DNA of 64,000 nucleotides from Cyanophora paradoxa CCMP329 (lineage: Eukaryota > Plantae > Glaucophyta), in the NCBI GenBank assembly GCA_004431415.1, contig QPMI01000202.1, forward strand, positions 61,757 through 125,756. The letters are read 5' to 3'. The notes beneath the pieces are model-generated. The model was not told where the DNA came from and did no database searches. It worked only from the letters and a program-made list of their open reading frames with translations. The position numbers and the translations under genes are program-made. Positions 59,282-64,000 of the stretch are shown one piece after another; position 1 is the stretch's first letter, and each line of letters starts with the position of its first letter.

Positions 59282-62200
59282 ATGGGAGCAGCGTGCAGCT
59301 TCCCGCCCGCGCACGCGTCGCGACCCTCTGCGTCGGCCGGAGCTCAGCGGCGGCGCTCCTCGGCCCGGAGTCAGTCCGGAACTTCGCTGGAGCCGCGGCG
59401 TCTGGGCGATGTGTCCTTCAAGTCCGTGCGGTCTGCGGGCCACGGGGAGCGAACCCCCCGCGCCGGCGCCTCGGAGGTCTGGCCGTGGGGCGAGAAGGAG
59501 GGCGCCGTTCGGAGCGCGTCAGCAGCCGGCGCATCGTTCCGTCCCCGCGTCGGGAGCATCGTGAGCGCGTCCTCCTCAGTTTTCACGCCGCGCGGGGCGG
59601 AGACGCCGAGGGCCACCCGCCCCGGATCCGCGAGCAAGGCGCAGCTGCAGCGGCCGAAGTCGTTCGGCAGCCTCACGCAGGACGAGATGCAGGGCCATGC
59701 CGCCTGTGCGTGGCCTCTCTTCGTGGTCTAATCCGTTAGGAGCGCCCTGTCGCGGCTGACAGCGGGGCCTGCGCGTGCGCGTGCGGGGCCGGGGCCGGCA
59801 GCGCTGGAGCGGGACATCCAGATCGTGGCGGAGCAGATCGAGTCCTTCGAGCAGTTCCTCGCGAAGTACGCCCAAGGGGACTACGAGCCCGACAAGGCCC
59901 GCCGGCCCCCGCCCCGCGCCCCGCCCCGCACGGCGGCGCCTGACGGGCGGCGCGCGCGGGGGCGCAGGCGCCGGCGAAGCCGCGGGACTTCGCGGGCCCG
60001 TTCCTGGAGGCCCCGAAGCCGCGGGAGGAGCGGCGGCGGCTGCACAAGCTGCGCCAGTACGACATCCTCGACACCACCGACGAGGAGTCCAGGTGCCGCC
60101 AGCGCCGAGCCGCTAGCGCTCTCCCGCCGCCGCTCCCCCGCCCCTTCGGCTCACCGTGAGCCCGGCCCGCAGCGCGCCCTTCGACCGCATCGTCCAGTTC
60201 TGCGCCGCCCTCTTTGAGGTCCCGCTTGAGCTTGAACTCACCAGCTGGCACGTTGAGCGACCCGCTTGAGCTCACTAGTTCTGCTGCTTCGCGGCGCGCA
60301 GCTGCCGATATGCCTGGTGTCGCTGGTGGAGAACGAGCGGCAGTGGTTCAAGGCGCGCTGCGGCCTCGAGGCGACGGAGACGGGGCGGGACGTCAGCTTC
60401 TGCTCCCACGTCGTCAACCGTGCGCGCCGCAGCTGCCGCCCCCGCCAGCTCCTTCCGGCCCCCGTTCTAACACCAGAGGATTCGCAGGCAAGGGGGTGGA
60501 GCCGCTCGTGGTGGAGGACGCCCTCGCGGACTGGCGGTGCGCGCCCTCGAGACCTTGCTCGTGTGGATCTAGACCGAGCCCAGCTCCCCATATGCCTGCG
60601 AACGCTCCCGCCCTCTAGATCTAGACTGCGCGCAGCGAGGAGCGCATGGGGCGGCACCCTTGCCCTCGATGCCCCCGCGGGCAGCCCCCGACTCGGGGCG
60701 CAGCTTTGCGGAGAACCCGCTGGTCGTGGGCCCCCCCCACATCCGCTTCTACGCCGGCGGTGCGCTTCCTCTCGTTGACCGATGGACACCCGGCGCCTGC
60801 CGCCGGCGCCTCCCCCGACGGCCCCCTCCTGCGCGCAGCGCCGCTGGTGACGAGCGAGGGCCTCAAGCTGGGCACCCTCTGGTGCGTGCCGGCGGCGGGG
60901 CGGGAGCCCCGGGGGGAGGCGTCGGGCCGAGGGGGCGGGCGGGGGCGCAGCTGCATCGACAAGGTGGCGCGGGACTTCGGCGAGGCGAGCCGGCAGCGCC
61001 TCTGCGACCTCGCGGATATGGTCATGCGCGAGCTCGAGGTCCCGCCCCGGCCCCGCCCCCCTCGCGCCTCCCCCGCCCCCCCGGGCCGCGGGGCCGCTGA
61101 AGGCGGGGGCGGGGGCCCCGGGGCGGGCAGCACTTCGCGACGCAGCGGCGGGCGGCGATGGCGACGCGCTTCGCGGAGGCCGTCTCCCGCTTCGCCCTCG
61201 ACGCCATCCGCCTCCCCGGCGAGGTCCGCCCCCCGCCGCCCCCGGGCCCCCTCCTCTCCGCGCCTCACCGAGCTCCTTCCTCTCTTCTGCGCGCAGGCCG
61301 AAGTCTACGACCTCGTGCGCCCGCGCCTGCCGTGTCTCCCTGACTCTCCGTGGTGTAAAATTAAACGCGGCGGCGGGACGCGCTCCTCGCTCGCGCAGGC
61401 GGCGCGGACGGTGCACGCGATGCTCAAGCTCGACGAGCGCAGCGGCGTGACCGTCGTGGCGGCCGCCCCGGCGCCCCCCGCGGAGCGCCAGTACGTCGCC
61501 CCGGGGGCCGGCGGGGCCGAGCGCGGCGGGGAGGCGGCGGCGGAGGATGCGGAGCGGGAGTGGCTGGTGCAGAGCGTGCTGGTGGGGAAGCAGAGGAGGG
61601 TGTGGGCGGGGAGCGGGGCGGAGGAGCGGGCGGGGGTGGCGCTGGAGAGCGGGTCGGTGCGGGACCACCTGGCGATGGCGATGGCGGAGGGGCGGGCGGG
61701 GATCCCCGTCGACGTGATGGAGCCCGAGGACCCGCCCATGCCCCCGGGCGCCGCCGAGGCCGGCGCCTGCTCGGGCTTCCTCGTCCCCGTGCGCAGCGCG
61801 GGGGACCGCGCCGCCGCCGCCGGCTTCCTCGGGGCCTTCCTCACCCGCAACCACGAGGCCCTCCCCGACGAGGCCCGTCCGCCCGCCCGCTCCCCGCTGA
61901 ACGGAGACCGCGAATTCGGGGCCGCCCGCCTCCAGAGGCGCTGATGCCGTGCGCGCAGACGCTCTCGTTCCTGGCGCTGCTGGCGGCGGCCCTCGTCGGC
62001 GTCGTCGAGCAGCAGCGCGCCAAGGCCCGCGACCGCCCGCCCCGCTCCGAGCCCTCTCAGCCCCCTGAGCGCGCCTTGCGTTGCGCAGGCCGCGCTGCAG
62101 CAGCGCGAGGAGGCGCTGCGGTGGCGCTCGCAGCTGAGCGACGCGCTGCTGCGCTCCATCCTCCCCGAGAGCCTCATCTCGCCGCTGCTCGCGCGGGACG

Positions 62201-63708
62201 GGCCCATCGCGCGCGCCATCCCCGCCGCCACCATCCTCTTCTGCGACATCGTCGGGGTGCGCGAGGCTCCAGACCCGGGGCCGGGGGAGAGGCGCCGCGC
62301 CCCCCTTTGCTTGCATTCGGGGAGACCCGCTTCGTCGGGCTCGCCTCGCCTAGACCCCAGGCCCTAGGCCTAGGCCTTGGAGGCTCGCGATCGTGCTCTG
62401 CGCCGACCTCACTCCCAACTCCCGCGCGAGCTCGCTGGAGCGCCTGCTGAGTGCGCGCCGCGCGCCGCTGCGCGCAGTTCACGCGCCTCTCGTCCGCGCT
62501 GCCGGCCCCGCACGTCGTGGAGACCCTCAACGTGCCTCCCCCGCCCCGCCCTCCGGCTCCCACACGTGGCCCCGACGCCGGCGCCCCCGGCAGACCCTCT
62601 TCGGCGTCTTCGACCGCCTTTGCGCCCACTTCCGCGTCGAGAAGATCAAGACGGCGCGCCGTCCCCCAGGCGGCAGCCCTCTAGATCTTCCGCTGAGCGG
62701 GGCGGGGCGGACAGATCGGGGACGCGTTCATGGCGGCGAGCGGGGTGCCGGAGCCCCGGGAGGACCACGCGGCGGCCGCCGTCGAGCTCGCCGAGGCGAT
62801 GTTCTCCGCCCTCGATCACTACAACGAGGCCCGCCGCCGCCACATCCCCCCGAGGCTCCCTGCGCCGCCCCTGACCCCGACGCGCCCCGACCCGCCCCGC
62901 AGCTGCACCCGGGGTCGCCGCCCCTCGCCCTCCGCATGGGAATGCACTCGGGCCCCGTCGTCGGGGGCGTCATCGGTGCGGGGCCGGCGCGGGGCGGGCC
63001 CGCGCAGATGGCTCGAGATGCGCCGAGCGCTGACGGCGGGGGGCCTGGTCGGCAGGGGACAGCAAGCTCCAGTACGACGTCTTCGTGCGCCCCCGGCCCC
63101 CGCCCCGCCCCGCTGCCCGCGAGCCAAGCGGCGGGGCGGGGCGCAGGGGGACACCGTCAACGTCGCCTCGCGCATGGAGTCCAACGGCGTCGCCGGCCGC
63201 ATCCAGGTGCCAGCCGCGCAGGCCGGGGCCCGGGGCCCGGGGCCCGAGATGCAGCTGGACTCGCCCCTGGGAGGCGGCCCCTCGCGATCGCCGTGCCGAC
63301 GCGGGGGCGGCAGGTGTCGGCAGCGACGCACGCGCTGGTGGCCGACAGGTTCCGCTGGGAGCGCCGCGAGGAGGCCCTGCTGGTCAAGGGCAAGGACGAG
63401 CCCATCGTCTGCTTCCTCTTCGCCGGGCGCCTCGAGGGCGGCCCGGGCCCCACCGACGTCCGCCCCTTCTTCGCGCAGTGCGTCCGACGCGTTTCGAGCT
63501 CGCCGAGTCGCCGGCTCGTGGCGAGGGTGGCCGGGGCTGACGCGGGGCGGGGGCGCGGCGGGGCGGCAGGGCGCTGGAGCGACACGGCTCGATCCTGCAG
63601 ATGTGCGGCGCCGACCTAGACGTGCAGGGCGCCGCCCTCAGGGGCTCCTTTACCCTCCCCGCCACCTCCGCCTACCTCGCGCGCACCCCGTGCCTGAGCC
63701 CCCGCTAG
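59282..63708 (+). CDS. GAF-domain class III nucleotide cyclase, probably an adenylate cyclase
   Basis: GAF: RLHKLRQYDILDT, FDRIV, LVSLVENERQWFKA, RDVSFCSH, FAENPLVVGPPHIRFYAGAPL. Cyclase: ILFCDIVGFT, EKIKTIGDAFM, RMGMHSGPVVGGVIG, YDVFGDTVNVASRMES, VKGK. Confidence 0.93.
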
Positions 63709-64000
63709 CTGTCGCCACCAGCCGCGGAGCTGCAGCACGTGCGCTGCCGCTCTGCCTCGCTGCCGCACTGCGACAGTGCCGCATCCCACACGGCTGGCTC
63801 ATCAGATCTAGAATTCATTTCAGTAGTGATCGAAATGGATGTCGATCGCACTGCGGCAAATCGCCAGTTTTCCTTAGTGAGATAGTGAAGTTTTGGTTTG
63901 AGCTTTTATTTCAGTAGTAGTCGAGTTTCTTCGCACTCTAAATCTAGATCTACATGTACTTCTCTTTTTTTTCATTGAACATAAATGATCGATATCAGTG

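Overview
Gene-dense, very GC-rich eukaryotic nuclear DNA with many short introns (mostly 50-100 nt), so the six-frame ORF track is mostly misleading and the genes were assembled by hand. The plant-type U6 promoter, GC content and gene mix suggest an alga or protist, possibly glaucophyte-like; this is inference only. There are about 18 protein genes. Those I can identify are an ENA-type P2D ATPase, an ATM1-like ABCB transporter, an AKAP17A/XE7-like factor, a Twinkle primase-helicase with AT-hooks, a GT-A glycosyltransferase, CAF1, an SR protein, a P5B ATPase, a bacterial-type treZ, a divergent ABC transporter and a GAF adenylate cyclase; the rest are unknown. There are also two U6 snRNA genes in inverted orientation. 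Main observations: (1) an unusual splicing architecture, with about 30% GC donors, C-rich 5' and G-rich 3' self-complementary introns that often lack a polypyrimidine tract, and frame-required microexons of 2, 5 and 6 nt; (2) intergenic DNA built from chains of short palindromes, which two local duplications show being gained; (3) the two ends of the Twinkle-U6 locus are copied separately, inverted and in permuted order. Gene boundaries are manual predictions without RNA data.
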